Part shown: piece after piece, positions 9,230 to 20,851 of the stretch
How positions within the stretch are numbered: position 1 is the stretch's first letter
How the letters are laid out: each line of letters starts with the position of its first letter
NCBI GenBank assembly: GCA_050287845.1
Contig: JBNKCR010000019.1
Location: 1 to 52,250 of the forward strand
DNA length: 52,250 nucleotides
Origin: Polyangia bacterium
Lineage (GTDB): Bacteria; Myxococcota_A; Polyangia; JAAYKL01
Direction: 5' to 3'
Position numbers and translations under genes: made by a program
Notes under the pieces: generated by a model
The model's input: only the letters and a program-made list of their open reading frames with translations
The model's database searches: none
Told to the model about the DNA's origin: nothing

Positions 9230-11101
9230 GTGAACAATACCAAATCGATACTCCTATTCCTGTTGATTGCAATTCTGGTTGGCGGTTGTGAAAAAATTCG
9301 ATCATTTTTCGGCGATTCTTCACCCCTGGAACATTGGGAGTATCTGCAGAAAAGCGCACCCGGGTATTCGCCCGACGCATTTGATGCGGTATCCTCCCGG
9401 CAGCCGGATACCGCCGGAACGGATTTCGTGCCCGGCACTTCCGGTGAACCGACAACTTCTGCCCGAGATGATGAACGCCTGTCGATGTTGCAGACCGAAT
9501 TGAATTCGTATTCGTTGAAAACGATTCGGCCTCCGTTGCCGGATTCACCCGCGGAGCGGCGCATGTTGGCCTATCTATTGAAGGCGTCTCACCTGGTGGA
9601 TGACATTTATGCATTGCAGGTTCATGGTAACAATCTGATATGGCGGAATCAGATTCGACTTACAGGTGAACCGATTGAGAATCAATTCATGATGTGGTTT
9701 CGTCGTCCATGGTGTCGGTTGAATCGGAACCCCCGGTGCAATGCCATTGCGTCTTTGCCTCCGCGTCGAACCGGAACCGCGTTCTGGCCGGTGGACTTCA
9801 ACGACGCCGAATTGGTCAGCGCGGGTAGAATGATTAACGCCAGGGAACTGTTCAGTCCTTTTGGTCTTGTGGTGCGGGATGGGGGAGTGCGAATGCGCGC
9901 CGTGCCGTATGTGGCGGATTCGCGGTTTTCGGATTTATTCAGACAACTGTCGGATGCATTCAGACAAGCTGGCGCATCGCTTGAAAATGTCGCTGATCGC
10001 AATTCTCTTTATGCACTGGCCGATGCAGTGATGGCGGGGGATATGAACCATCTGGGAATGTTGGCGCAGGAGTCGATGAACTTATCTGCAGGCTGGCGTA
10101 TTCACTTTGGGGGATCCCCCGCATCAATTGATCCGTTTGGCAAGAAGCGGGCACTGGAATTCTCGGTGATGAAACGCGATTCGGATATTCAGGCTGCGTT
10201 GGATTTTCTGGCGCAACAACAGGATGCGCTGCAGCAATCATTTTCTCAACTCTTCGGGGAAGGTTTGCCGTGGACGTCCTTGTCCGGGGGGACCAATTGG
10301 AATGGGTGGCGTGTATGGCTCAACGCCGGAGCTGGCGCGGACCCATGGACGGAATCCGGGTGGAACATTGAAGGCGTCGGAAAAAGTGGGGATTTTGTTT
10401 TGCATGCCATTGCCGAATCACGGTTGCCGTATGTTCGCATGCTGAATGGATTGGATGATTCGGTTTTATCCCTGTCCGCGTGGACGACAATGGTGGGCGC
10501 AGTCAATATTGCCGCACAGCTGGTTCCATCGAATTCAGCAGCAATTGGGGCAGATGCGGCGTTCAGAACCGTTGGTCATTTTCTGGGAGAGAAAACCGGC
10601 AGGACATTGGCAGCGCTGCGTCTTGCCGGTTCATTCTGGATTCTACAGCAAATCAATCCACGCAGTGACTCCGATAGTTCAATCTTTATTGACAGTACAC
10701 AGGCGTTGATTGCCAATGTGATATACGCGCTCCAAAATGACGATGAAGATGGACAGTGGGCGTCCACATGGATGCTGCAGCGGGTGTCTGCGCCAGCTGA
10801 GACGGATGCAGAGGGCGCGTTTGACGCAGCTTATACCGCAGAAATGCTGTCCGCGGGAGCAAGGTTGTTTGAAGAGTTGGTCCAGGGGATATCGGCGGGT
10901 AAGCGGGGGGAAATTGATCGCCTGATACCCGCCGACGGAAAAGGGGAGAACGCCATGGAAAGCCGCACTTCCCTGATGTCGCTGATTGAACGAAAAATGA
11001 AATCATTTCCCCAGCCCAAGCTGGCAATATTTCACTTTATTCCAAATGTGAATGAGGTTAAAACCGCCGTAGTTGACTTGCCGGGGGCAGGCGAGAATTG
11101 A
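9230..11101 (+). CDS. Lipoprotein, degenerate peptidase M49 (DPP III/NUDT3-like) homolog lacking the zinc motif
   Basis: Lipobox LVGGC; segments ERRMLAYLLKASHLVDDIYALQ, RPWCRLN, GTAFWPVD, LFSPFGLVVR, AVPY, DPFGKKRALEFSV resemble bacterial M49; no HEXXH/HEXXGH in the ORF. Confidence 0.6.
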   Translation: MNNTKSILLFLLIAILVGGCEKIRSFFGDSSPLEHWEYLQKSAPGYSPDAFDAVSSRQPDTAGTDFVPGTSGEPTTSARDDERLSMLQTELNSYSLKTIRPPLPDSPAERRMLAYLLKASHLVDDIYALQVHGNNLIWRNQIRLTGEPIENQFMMWFRRPWCRLNRNPRCNAIASLPPRRTGTAFWPVDFNDAELVSAGRMINARELFSPFGLVVRDGGVRMRAVPYVADSRFSDLFRQLSDAFRQAGASLENVADRNSLYALADAVMAGDMNHLGMLAQESMNLSAGWRIHFGGSPASIDPFGKKRALEFSVMKRDSDIQAALDFLAQQQDALQQSFSQLFGEGLPWTSLSGGTNWNGWRVWLNAGAGADPWTESGWNIEGVGKSGDFVLHAIAESRLPYVRMLNGLDDSVLSLSAWTTMVGAVNIAAQLVPSNSAAIGADAAFRTVGHFLGEKTGRTLAALRLAGSFWILQQINPRSDSDSSIFIDSTQALIANVIYALQNDDEDGQWASTWMLQRVSAPAETDAEGAFDAAYTAEMLSAGARLFEELVQGISAGKRGEIDRLIPADGKGENAMESRTSLMSLIERKMKSFPQPKLAIFHFIPNVNEVKTAVVDLPGAGEN

Positions 11102-11221
11102 AATTGGGACACGTTCTGATGAACGCCAGGCTTGCGATACTGCAAACTCGCGTTAACCTTATGTGTGGATGGCATGATGTGATACCCGGGGTAACATCCG
11201 ACCGATTTGTGGGGATAAGTA

Positions 11222-11572
11222 ATGCAGAATATAGAAGATTTAAATGTGAAGATTTTCGATAAGGAGGCGTTGATGGCCCGGCTCTGCGATGACGAGGAGT
11301 TGGCCAATGAAGTTCTGGATGTTTTTCTGGAGGATACGCCACATCAGATTGAATCGCTGCGGGCAGCTCAAAGAGCCGGAGATGTTGAGTTGATTGCCCG
11401 TCAGGGGCACACCATAAAGGGCGCGTCCAGCAATATCTCTGCACTTCGGTTGAAAGAAATTGCATATGATATTGAACAGGCGGGCAAGCAGGGGGAACTC
11501 GACAGGGTTTCCGAATTGCTGGGGATGCTGGAGGAACAGTTCAGGGAATTGCAGAAACATCTGTCCCGTTAA
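11222..11572 (+). CDS. Stand-alone Hpt (histidine phosphotransfer) protein
   Basis: FDKEALMARLCDDEELANEVLDVFLED...GHTIKGASSNISA, with phospho-acceptor His in HTIKG. Confidence 0.92.
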   Translation: MQNIEDLNVKIFDKEALMARLCDDEELANEVLDVFLEDTPHQIESLRAAQRAGDVELIARQGHTIKGASSNISALRLKEIAYDIEQAGKQGELDRVSELLGMLEEQFRELQKHLSR

Positions 11573-11844
11573 AACCTCGTCTGCGGAAAGATTGAATGAT
11601 TGTAATGTCTCCGTCGAACCAGACCGTTTGCACTTTCCTGCCGAATCCGGTCACTCTATCATAATTACTGTTTAATATACTCAACACTGATTCGGTCTGT
11701 CACCGGTTTTTAGAAAACGTTTCGTGTGGTATATTGTCTTCATATGAACACGTGACAGCATAAAACTTACAGACAATCCTCAGATGGAATGGGTAAGCCG
11801 GTATTGATTGCGGTTCGTTGCCCGGAAAACAGGGAGTTGATTCG

Positions 11845-14016
11845 ATGAAATTAGTATTCCGCATTGGTATTTGTTGTTGTTTTGTGGCGATGACTGGCCT
11901 CTGGATCGGTTGCACAAAGCAGAATGTCGCCGTACAGACCGCTGATGCCACGTTGTCGGACACGGCGCTCTGGCGTAGTGGGTTGGCCAGAGCGGAGTCC
12001 AGAGATTACGATGGCGCGTTGGCGGACATTCAACTGGCAATGCAGAAGAATCCCATGCTGAAATATGAGTTGGCATTGGCCCATCTGCGATTTCTGAACA
12101 AGTCGTACCGGGACGCGGTGAAACAATACGAAGCGTTGATAGCAGGCGGCAGGCTCAATCGTCGACAGCAGGACGAGTTGAAAGCCGAAGTCACTCGAAT
12201 CAATGATGCCAGCGGTGAGGTTACGGGCAGAAGTCTGGCCGGGCAGTGGATTCGCGCGACCGCAGCTGTGGTGGAGGCGGAGGAGGCCATTGAAAGAGAG
12301 GACTACGGTGTCGCCTATACACGTTACGACAAGGCATATCAATACAATCAGGATTACGAATTGCTGCTGGAATCCGCGTTGGCGGCCTCCCGCGCGAAAC
12401 AATGGGAATGGGCGCATCAGAAACTCAAGGAATATGTCGCGGTGGGTGGGGATGATATTTCCAGGGATATGCAATATCGCGTTTATGCGGAAATTGACCG
12501 GATAATGTCCATGCTCAAGGGGGAAAAGGTGGTGACTGAAAAGAGTCTCGCTGACGAGATTTATGCGGAACGGAACGGTGAGGAAGAAGCGGATGGCCTG
12601 CCCCCGTCCATGCTCACCGCTGCTTCATCCGATCCCGCTGATACAGATCCTTCGGCAAAATTGAATGCGCCTGAAGATTCTGATGTGGAAGAAGCGGAGG
12701 CGGCCTCCGTTGCCACAGCGGCCTCCGGGAGTGATGTATCGACAGATGAGAGAGGGGAAAAACAGGCCGATGAGTCATCGGCACCGGATTTGGCGGAACA
12801 GAAACGTCTTGAAAAAGAGGCCGCCCGAATTCGGGCAGAAGAGGCGCGGGAGCGAAAATTGGCGTTGAAAGCCGAACGGGAGGAAAAGCGCAAAGCGGCA
12901 CAGGAAGCGAAGCGCCAGAAAGCACTCGAACAGAAAGCAGTGCTGGCGAAGAAAAAAGAAGAAGCCCGAAAAAGGAAAGAGGAGGCGCGCGCCCGCCGGG
13001 TAGAAGAGAAACAGAAACAATTGCTGGAGAAGAAGCTTGCTGCAGAAGCGAAGGCAAAAGAGCGGGAGATTGCACGGCAGGAGAAACTTGCAAAGCTGGA
13101 AGCGGAAAAAGCCAGAAAGGCAGAGTTGGCCGCTGCCAGACAGGCTGAAAAAGAACGTTCGCAGGAAGAACAGCAGGCAGCGGCTGAGGCAGAACGGGAG
13201 CGTGCGGCTGCAGATCGGGCAGCGGCGGAGCAGGCGCATAAAGACGCACTGGAAAAGCGGGCGCAATTAAAAGAAGAAAGTCGACTGGCAGCGCTGGCCA
13301 AAGCGGAAGAAAAAAAACGTGCGAGGGAGGAAGCCAGACAGCGCAAGGCGGAGGAGCAGGCGCGCAAAGTGGAGGAGCGGCGTCTCGAAAAAGAAGCGCG
13401 ATTGGCCCGGGCTGCGGAACGAAAGAGAGAGAAGGAGGAGGCGAAGCGAATTGCCGCCGAGGAGCGACGTGCCGCGCTCGAGGAAAAACAGGCCGAGAAG
13501 CAGCGGGTGAAGCTGGAAAAAGAACTGGCTGCGCAACAGGCGAAGACTCCGGAAAAAACGGTTGCGATGGAGAAGGCAGGAATGCCGGACGGAGAGGCAA
13601 AAATGGTTGCCGGGGCTGCGGAACAGCTGTCTGGCACAGAGGAGGAAACGGCCGGTTCCCCGGCATTGAAACCGATGGGAAAAGTGGATTCAACGAAAAG
13701 CACGTCTGATGCAAAACCGGAAACGTCATTTGAAGATTTGCTGTTTTACGCAAAATCCAGGAGTGCAACGGTTCGTTTCCGGGCGGTACGGGATCTGATT
13801 CCCCTGTTGAACGAGCGCTCTCGGGCCGCGCTGGAAGATCGTGTCATTCAGGACCGGAATATTCATGTGCGCTTTCTGGCCATAGAAGGTCTGGTACAGC
13901 GACATTCCGTTGCGTCATTGCCGATATTGGAGCATGCGCTGGTGACAGCTGCCACTTCACAGGAGAGAGCCACGTTGAAAAATGCGATTTCGCAGATTCG
14001 TCTTGGAAGAAAATAA
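11845..14016 (+). CDS. Lipoprotein: TPR-like N-terminus, acidic linker, long E/K/A/R charged helix, C-terminal HEAT-like repeats
   Basis: Lipobox LWIGC; TPR-like helices; about 250-aa EAKR-rich stretch; VRFRAVRDL/VRFLAIEGL HEAT-like repeats. Confidence 0.7.
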   Translation: MKLVFRIGICCCFVAMTGLWIGCTKQNVAVQTADATLSDTALWRSGLARAESRDYDGALADIQLAMQKNPMLKYELALAHLRFLNKSYRDAVKQYEALIAGGRLNRRQQDELKAEVTRINDASGEVTGRSLAGQWIRATAAVVEAEEAIEREDYGVAYTRYDKAYQYNQDYELLLESALAASRAKQWEWAHQKLKEYVAVGGDDISRDMQYRVYAEIDRIMSMLKGEKVVTEKSLADEIYAERNGEEEADGLPPSMLTAASSDPADTDPSAKLNAPEDSDVEEAEAASVATAASGSDVSTDERGEKQADESSAPDLAEQKRLEKEAARIRAEEARERKLALKAEREEKRKAAQEAKRQKALEQKAVLAKKKEEARKRKEEARARRVEEKQKQLLEKKLAAEAKAKEREIARQEKLAKLEAEKARKAELAAARQAEKERSQEEQQAAAEAERERAAADRAAAEQAHKDALEKRAQLKEESRLAALAKAEEKKRAREEARQRKAEEQARKVEERRLEKEARLARAAERKREKEEAKRIAAEERRAALEEKQAEKQRVKLEKELAAQQAKTPEKTVAMEKAGMPDGEAKMVAGAAEQLSGTEEETAGSPALKPMGKVDSTKSTSDAKPETSFEDLLFYAKSRSATVRFRAVRDLIPLLNERSRAALEDRVIQDRNIHVRFLAIEGLVQRHSVASLPILEHALVTAATSQERATLKNAISQIRLGRK

Positions 14017-14079
14017 GAATTATTGTTTTTCATTGGAGCGGCTGATGATATGTTCCGCTTGTTGATTGGGGGTTTGCTT

Positions 14080-14460
14080 ATGCAGAATATGAAACGAGTA
14101 CTTGTTGTCGATGATGAAGCGGTTGTACGGGAAAGTCTTGAACAGTATCTGGAGGATTGCGACTATGAAGTCAGTACTGCGGACAATGCAATTTCTGCGC
14201 TGCAGTTTCTGCGAGATGGAACATCTTTTGATATCGCGGTGGTTGATATTCGGATGCCTGAAATGAATGGCGAAGATTTCATGATGGAGGCTTCGCGGAT
14301 ATTACCTGAGATGAAATTTCTGATTCAGACTGGAACGTTGGATTATCATGTCAGTCCAGGGCTGCAGCATCTGGGGATTTCCGCTGAAAACGTCCTGAAG
14401 AAGCCTGTATTTGAATTGCAGACATATGTTGATAAAATCCAGGAGATTCTGGAAAAATGA
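14080..14460 (+). CDS. Single-domain response regulator (receiver)
   Basis: VLVVDDE, VVDIRMPEMNG, QTG, LKKP. Confidence 0.92.
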   Translation: MQNMKRVLVVDDEAVVRESLEQYLEDCDYEVSTADNAISALQFLRDGTSFDIAVVDIRMPEMNGEDFMMEASRILPEMKFLIQTGTLDYHVSPGLQHLGISAENVLKKPVFELQTYVDKIQEILEK

Positions 14461-14468
14461 TTGACGAT

Positions 14469-15431
14469 TTACAGATTTGCCATGGCGGCCAGTAGAATTC
14501 GCATACTGTCGGGTCTGTTGTCCGGCGACTTTTCAAGGCAACTCATGATGATTAATTCCAGTGCCGGGCTCAACGGTGTTGATATCTTTTTATGCAAAGG
14601 AATGGGCGTGCGGTTGAGCTGTGCATCGATAAGTTCTTCCGCCGTATCGCCGCGGAACGGCAGGTCGCCGCAAATCATTTCGTACATCACGATACCCAGA
14701 GAATAAATATCTGTGCGCCTGTCCACCTGTTGTCCGGCAATCTGTTCCGGAGAGAGGTAGCTGGGAGTGCCGATGACGCTCTCCGTTGTGGTGATTCGCG
14801 GAGTGTCGAGCAGTCTTGCAAAACCGAAGTCTGCGATTTTAACCACGCTGCCCACGTTGCTGTTTCGCGGAATCAGAATGTTCTCCGGCTTCAGGTCTCG
14901 ATGAATCACGTCCTGGAGATGCGCGGCGTTGAGCCCTTCGGCGGTGGCGGCGGCAATGAGCAATGCCTGGGGAATGTCCAGTTTTCGCTGGGCCATCAAT
15001 TTGCGAAGGGGCGGTCCGGGGACATACTCCATCACAAAAAACAGTCTGCCATCGGGGGTTTCGCCCATTTCTCTCGCATGTACGACAGCGGGATGATTGA
15101 TTCGGGCGGCCGCCCTGGATTCAATCAGGAATCGTTCCCTTACCCGGGGGATGAGATTCAACTCGGAGCGCAGAATCTTAATGGCCACGAGTTCGCCCGT
15201 TTCCACACAGCGCGCCATGTATACCGCACCGGAACCGCCCTTGGAGAGCTGCGAATTCAGGCGATATCGGCCGTTCAGAATCTGGCCTTTCAACTCCGCG
15301 TTCGCCGTCCGCACAACTCTGCTTCCGGCGACAACTGGAAACCCGTTCGTCTGCTCATCTGACACGGTATTGTACAATCCTGTCCTCATGTGTTCAGAGC
15401 TCAAAATGCTGCTCCTGAATGGTGATTCCAT
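14469..15431 (-). CDS. Hanks-type Ser/Thr protein kinase (kinase domain only)
   Basis: KGGSGAVY, VAIK, HRDLKPEN, DFG, GTPSYLSPE, DIYSLG. Confidence 0.95.
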   Translation of the reverse strand: MESPFRSSILSSEHMRTGLYNTVSDEQTNGFPVVAGSRVVRTANAELKGQILNGRYRLNSQLSKGGSGAVYMARCVETGELVAIKILRSELNLIPRVRERFLIESRAAARINHPAVVHAREMGETPDGRLFFVMEYVPGPPLRKLMAQRKLDIPQALLIAAATAEGLNAAHLQDVIHRDLKPENILIPRNSNVGSVVKIADFGFARLLDTPRITTTESVIGTPSYLSPEQIAGQQVDRRTDIYSLGIVMYEMICGDLPFRGDTAEELIDAQLNRTPIPLHKKISTPLSPALELIIMSCLEKSPDNRPDSMRILLAAMANL

Positions 15432-15577
15432 CTTAGCCTAGAAGTTTTTTTCTGTGCCGTCAAATTAAAATATTTCTGTAAATCATCAATGGAACTATTT
15501 TGCGGTTTTTTTTACAAAAGTTGCGTGATGGGCGAAGAAAGTTCACTTTTTTTTATTTTTCGATAGAAGAAGTTGCG

Positions 15578-17677
15578 ATGAAAAAAAAACAACTCACACC
15601 AAATTCAGCAAATTCACCAGAGTCAGATGAAAGTCGAACAATTGATCTGAACGAATTTCAGAAAAGTACTTTCGCCGAGTGGAAGGATGCTGCCATTCTG
15701 GGATTAAAAGGGGCGCCATTTGAAAAAGTGCTGAAACGGAAGACGCTGGACGGCATCATTCTGGACGCAATTTACGATGATGTGCCCGAGATTATTTCAA
15801 GTGATTCAACAAATGATTTAATTCGGGGGACTGCACAGGTCGGTCGCTGGGGAAAAGGTCAGATTTTTCAATGTAACCGCCCGGAATTATTTGCCATGCA
15901 TCTGAAAAACGCACTCTCCGCCGGACAGGACGAGGTCCGATTTGTTCTGGCGAACCCCCACCGGAGGCAACCGGCAGAAGGTGCGGTGACCATTGAATCG
16001 CCGTATGACATTGGTGTGGAAGTCACCGAACTTTCGCATCTGCACATTGCGTTGCCCGATATTGTCAGGGGCGTTGTGACGCGGTTTCATTGCGGTTCTT
16101 CGGGAATCTCCACGTTGGCGATGTGGGCGGCGCTGCATCATGAGCGCGGGTGGAAAATGACCGAATGGCGTGGCAGTCTTGGCTACTCCCCCATCAGTGA
16201 ACTGGCAACTGCGGGAGAACTGCCGGGAACGGCATCCCGGGTGTTTGACGAGGCTTACGCGCTGGTGCGGTGGGGAAAAGAGAATGCGCCAGATGCCCGG
16301 ATGCTATTGGTGGACGGCTCCACGTATCATAACGGTGGGGCCGGCGCCGCTCTGGAAGTGGCGTGCTGTCTTGGTGAAGTATCGGTATATCTGAATGAAC
16401 TGGTGTCGCGCGGCGGCTCGGTGGACGACGTGACGAGTCGGTTGAGTATCCAGTTGGCGACGGGAGACGATTTTTTTGAAGACATTGCCAAGATGCGTGC
16501 GCTCCGCCTGTTGTTTGCCGGTCTCACCAGAATTCTGGGAGCAACCCGGTTATCATCGCCGGAAATCTGGAGCCGGACATCACGACTGTGGGCAGTGAAG
16601 GATGAGCCGCTCAACAACATTCTGAGAAGCATTTCTGCTACCATGAGCGCCGTTTTCGGCGGTGCGGTCAGCATCCATTCGGCGCCGTTTAACGAAATTT
16701 TCAGTGAGACGGACGATTTTGCCGCGAGAATTTCGCGGAATATTCAGCTCATTTTGCAGGATGAATGTCAGCTGGGAGATGTCGGCGACCCCTGTGGCGG
16801 CGCATATTATGTGGAACACCTGACCGAAAAGCTGGCGGAGAAGGCGTGGGAACTGCTTGGCCAGATGACTTCCCACCCGGACGGATTCCTCGGCGGACTC
16901 TCGGATGGATTGGTGGCAAAAATGGTGGAGGCATCTCACGCCCGACGCATGGAAAAACTGAATTGCAGAAAGCAGAAAATAGTGGGCGTAAATGATTTTG
17001 TGGCGTTTGATGCGGCGGATGACACGATAAAAGAGGCATCGACATTCCAGGCGTCTGCGGAAGAGAGCGACGGGGTTTCAACGGCTGATGTTGCCCTTGA
17101 CTGGCACGGAGACATCATTGGGAGTGCCATCTCTGCTGCGTTGAGCGGCGCCACGCTGCGCGGTATTGACGCCTCAGTGAAAAGGGACGGGGTGTGGCGG
17201 GTACCTGCGGTGACCGGTCCGCGACTGGCTTTGGGATATGAACAGTTGCGCAGACAAGTCACCCTGGTGAACGCCCGGCGACAAAATGAATGTTCGGTGT
17301 TGCTGCTTCGCCTTGGAACCATTCGGGATGCCCGGGCCCGAGCCGATTTTTCAAGGGGGTTTTTCAATGCCGCGGGATTCAGAATTGTCGAATCACCGCT
17401 GTGCAACGGCGTGGAGGATGCGGTAGCGGCGGTACGTTCCGCCCGGGCGGATATAACGGTGTTCTGTTCCACCGACGAGTTGTATGCCCAACTGGCGCCG
17501 CCAATCGCAGAGGCCACTCGCGCTGAATCTGCGACTGTCATGGTGCTGGCAGGTCGTCCGCTCGAGATGGAACCCGCGTACCGGCAGAGTGGAATATCGG
17601 AGTTTATCTTTCTCGGCGCCAATCATTTTCTGCTTCTGAAATCGTTAATCGAAACAGTGGGAGGGCACCATGACTGA
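15578..17677 (+). CDS. mutA: Methylmalonyl-CoA mutase small (beta) subunit
   Basis: LKGAPFEK.L...[44 protein letters not shown]-terminal B12-fold without DxHxxG; overlaps mutB start. Confidence 0.9.
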   Translation: MKKKQLTPNSANSPESDESRTIDLNEFQKSTFAEWKDAAILGLKGAPFEKVLKRKTLDGIILDAIYDDVPEIISSDSTNDLIRGTAQVGRWGKGQIFQCNRPELFAMHLKNALSAGQDEVRFVLANPHRRQPAEGAVTIESPYDIGVEVTELSHLHIALPDIVRGVVTRFHCGSSGISTLAMWAALHHERGWKMTEWRGSLGYSPISELATAGELPGTASRVFDEAYALVRWGKENAPDARMLLVDGSTYHNGGAGAALEVACCLGEVSVYLNELVSRGGSVDDVTSRLSIQLATGDDFFEDIAKMRALRLLFAGLTRILGATRLSSPEIWSRTSRLWAVKDEPLNNILRSISATMSAVFGGAVSIHSAPFNEIFSETDDFAARISRNIQLILQDECQLGDVGDPCGGAYYVEHLTEKLAEKAWELLGQMTSHPDGFLGGLSDGLVAKMVEASHARRMEKLNCRKQKIVGVNDFVAFDAADDTIKEASTFQASAEESDGVSTADVALDWHGDIIGSAISAALSGATLRGIDASVKRDGVWRVPAVTGPRLALGYEQLRRQVTLVNARRQNECSVLLLRLGTIRDARARADFSRGFFNAAGFRIVESPLCNGVEDAVAAVRSARADITVFCSTDELYAQLAPPIAEATRAESATVMVLAGRPLEMEPAYRQSGISEFIFLGANHFLLLKSLIETVGGHHD

Positions 17678-19808
17678 TTATCGGGATATATCGTCGATTT
17701 CTTTTGCTGAGCTGAAAAAAGCAGTCGCCCGGGATACCGCAACGCCAATCGCGAAGCAGGGGGACAATGTCGGAATGGTGGCTGCGGAGCGACTCACCGG
17801 GGTGCCCCACGTTGGCTTCACAGCCGGTGTTCCACCGTATCTTCGGGGGCCATATGCTTCGATGTATGTGACCAGACCATGGACGGTGCGTCAGTACGCC
17901 GGATTTTCAACCGCGGAAAAGAGCAATGAATTTTACCGGAGGAATCTGGCGGCCGGTCAGATGGGGCTCTCCATTGCGTTTGATCTCGCCACCCATCGCG
18001 GATACGACTCCGATCATCCGCGGGTGGTCAGTGATGTGGGCAAGGCGGGCGTGGCTGTGGATTCGATTCTCGACATGAATATTCTGTTCGATTCAATTCC
18101 CCTTGACCGTATGAGTGTGTCCATGACCATGAACGGCGCAGTGTTGCCCATTATGGCGTTTTATATTGTGGCTGCGCGAGAACAGGGCGTCTCCACCGAG
18201 CAGCTCATCGGGACGATTCAGAACGACATTCTGAAAGAATACATGGTGCGCAACACGTATATCTATCCCCCGGTGCCATCCATGAGAATCATTGCGGATA
18301 TTTTCAAGTACACTTCGGCCAATATGCCCAGGTTCAATAATATCTCAGTGTCCGGATATCATATGCAGGAGGCGGGTGCCACGCCGGACCTGGAAATGGC
18401 CTACACCCTGGCGGATGGTCTGGAGTACCTGCGCACGGGAATGGCAGCCGGTGTTGATATTGATGCGTTTGCGCCGAGGGTTTCATTTTTCTGGGCGACC
18501 GGTAAAGATTTTTTCAGAGAAATTGCCAAAATGCGGGCGGCCCGGGTCATCTGGGCCACGCTGGTGAAGTCCCTGGGGGCAAAGAGTCCAAAATCCATGG
18601 CATTGCGGACACATACCCAGACGTCCGGATGGAGTCTGACCGCCCAGGATCCGTACAACAATATTTCGCGAACCTGTGTGGAAGCCATGGCGGCGGCGTT
18701 TGGCGGGACCCAGTCTCTTCATACCAACTCTCTGGACGAAGCGCTGTCCCTGCCAACCGAACGGTCTGCGCGGATTGCCCGAAATACCCAGCTGTTTCTT
18801 CAGGAGGAAACCGGCGTCTGCAGCTGTGTGGATCCCTTTGGCGGAAGCTACTATGTAGAAGCGCTTACCCATGAAATCATGACCCGGGCCTGGCAGCATA
18901 TCCAGGAAATTGAAGCCCTTGGCGGGATGGCGAAAGCCATTGAAACCGGAGTGCCCAAAATGCGCATCGAAGAAGCCGCCGCGAAACGGCAGGCCCGGAT
19001 TGACAGTGGTCAGGAACCGATTATCGGCGTGAACCGCTATCGGCTGGAAGAAGAAGCTGAAATTGAAAGTCTGGAAGTGGACAACACGGAAGTGCGGCGC
19101 GCCCAGATGGCCCGATTGGAAAAATTGAGAAGGGAACGGGATGCCGACGCAGTGGCGGCCACGTTGAACGCCCTGACCCGTTGCGCTGAGACTGGTGAGG
19201 GGAATCTGCTCGAACTGAGCGTTGATGCGGCGGCGGCACGTGCAACTCTCGGGGAAATCACCCTGGCGATTGAAAAGGTATTTGGCCGGCATCAGGCCCG
19301 TGCGGAAGCGGTGAAAGGAGTGTACAGGGGCGAATATATGGACCGGAACAGGATTGATGAAATCGGGCAGTCCGTGGCGCGATTCGAAACGATGGAAGGA
19401 CGCCGGCCGAGACTGCTGGTGGCCAAGATGGGGCAGGATGGACACGATCGGGGGGCCAAAGTGATTTCGACGGCCTTTGCGGATTTCGGCTTTGATGTGG
19501 ATGTGGGAACACTGTTTCAGACGCCGGAGGAAACCGCGAGACAGGCGGTGGAAAACGATGTGCACATTATTGGCATGAGTTCTTTGGCGGGAGGGCATAA
19601 GACGCTGCTGATTCATCTGACCGAAGAACTCAGAAAGCTGGGAAGAGAAGACATTCTGATTGTGGTGGGCGGCGTGATTCCACCGGTGGATATCCCCTTT
19701 TTAAAGGAGAATGGCGCTGCGGCCGTATTTGGTCCGGGCACGGTAATCCCGGATGCGGCAACTGAAATTCTGGCGCTGCTTACACACGTTCTGGGACACG
19801 TTCATTGA
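17670..19808 (+). CDS. mutB: Methylmalonyl-CoA mutase large (catalytic, B12-binding) subunit
   Basis: [53 protein letters not shown]. Confidence 0.97.
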   Translation: MTDYRDISSISFAELKKAVARDTATPIAKQGDNVGMVAAERLTGVPHVGFTAGVPPYLRGPYASMYVTRPWTVRQYAGFSTAEKSNEFYRRNLAAGQMGLSIAFDLATHRGYDSDHPRVVSDVGKAGVAVDSILDMNILFDSIPLDRMSVSMTMNGAVLPIMAFYIVAAREQGVSTEQLIGTIQNDILKEYMVRNTYIYPPVPSMRIIADIFKYTSANMPRFNNISVSGYHMQEAGATPDLEMAYTLADGLEYLRTGMAAGVDIDAFAPRVSFFWATGKDFFREIAKMRAARVIWATLVKSLGAKSPKSMALRTHTQTSGWSLTAQDPYNNISRTCVEAMAAAFGGTQSLHTNSLDEALSLPTERSARIARNTQLFLQEETGVCSCVDPFGGSYYVEALTHEIMTRAWQHIQEIEALGGMAKAIETGVPKMRIEEAAAKRQARIDSGQEPIIGVNRYRLEEEAEIESLEVDNTEVRRAQMARLEKLRRERDADAVAATLNALTRCAETGEGNLLELSVDAAAARATLGEITLAIEKVFGRHQARAEAVKGVYRGEYMDRNRIDEIGQSVARFETMEGRRPRLLVAKMGQDGHDRGAKVISTAFADFGFDVDVGTLFQTPEETARQAVENDVHIIGMSSLAGGHKTLLIHLTEELRKLGREDILIVVGGVIPPVDIPFLKENGAAAVFGPGTVIPDAATEILALLTHVLGHVH

Positions 19809-19815
19809 GAATGAA

Positions 19816-20832
19816 ATGTCTGGCACAGTAAAAAAACGGACACCGCTGACCCTGGACGACCTGGAAAAGGGTGTGCGGCGGTCTGAACGAACCATCCTGG
19901 GGCGCGCCATCACCCTGGTGGAGAGCAAGGCCCCTGCGCATATGCAACTGGCGTCAGCACTGCTGGGGCGACTCGCCACAACCGAACGCAACACGTTGCG
20001 AATTGGCATTACGGGCGTGCCCGGCGTAGGAAAGAGCACGTTGATCGAAGCGTTGGGGTTGCATCTTCTCTCCATTGGCAAGCGGGTGGCGGTGATTGCG
20101 GTGGATCCCAGCAGCACCATCTCCGGCGGATCCATTCTGGGGGATAAAACCCGGATGGAGCGACTGGTTCAGCACGACAACTGCTTCATTCGCCCAGTGC
20201 CTTCCCGGGGAACCCTTGGGGGGGTGGCGCAAAACAGCATGGAAACCATTCTGCTCTGTGAAGCCGCCGGGTATGATGTTATTCTGGTTGAAACGGTGGG
20301 GGTGGGGCAGAATGAGGCTACCGTACGGGATCTGGTCGACTTTTTTTTACTGCTCATGCTTCCCAATGCAGGAGACAATCTGCAGGGAATCAAACGGGGA
20401 ATCATGGAGCTGGCCGATCACATTTTCATCAACAAGGCCGACGGCGACAGTGTGCATGCCGCGGAATTGGCACGCGTTGAATATGCAGGATCCATGGAAT
20501 TTATGCGGTCATCCACCAGAGGTTGGTCTCCCGCGGTGACCACAGGGTCGGCATTGGCGACAACCGGTGTCTGTGATTTATGGCAGGTGGTGGAGGCGTT
20601 CGCGCGTAACACACAGGAGAGCGGCGCATTTGATGAACGGCGCCGTAATCAGCGGCGTCAATGGTTCAAGCTGAGGCTCGCCCAGCAATTGCAGACCAGA
20701 TTCTTTGCCCATCCGGATGTGCAACAGGAGATTGGCCGTACCGAATGTCTTTTCCTTAAAGGCACCCTTTCTCTGAACGACGCCATGGAGACGATTCTGG
20801 GAGTGATGAATCTTTCTTTGCCGGAAGAGTGA
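19816..20832 (+). CDS. meaB: Methylmalonyl-CoA mutase-associated GTPase MeaB
   Basis: GITGVPGVGKST, AVDPSS..SGGSILGDKTRM, ETVGVGQ, NKADG. Confidence 0.96.
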   Translation: MSGTVKKRTPLTLDDLEKGVRRSERTILGRAITLVESKAPAHMQLASALLGRLATTERNTLRIGITGVPGVGKSTLIEALGLHLLSIGKRVAVIAVDPSSTISGGSILGDKTRMERLVQHDNCFIRPVPSRGTLGGVAQNSMETILLCEAAGYDVILVETVGVGQNEATVRDLVDFFLLLMLPNAGDNLQGIKRGIMELADHIFINKADGDSVHAAELARVEYAGSMEFMRSSTRGWSPAVTTGSALATTGVCDLWQVVEAFARNTQESGAFDERRRNQRRQWFKLRLAQQLQTRFFAHPDVQQEIGRTECLFLKGTLSLNDAMETILGVMNLSLPEE

Positions 20833-20851
20833 CATGTCTTGAACCGGTGAT

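Noticed and set aside
12561..13768. Two ~380-aa minus-strand ORFs rich in S/A/F/P
   Set aside because: Arise from the low-complexity EAKR-coding strand opposite, which lacks stops.
18483..19616. 377-aa minus-strand ORF
   Set aside because: Antisense to the highly conserved mutB.
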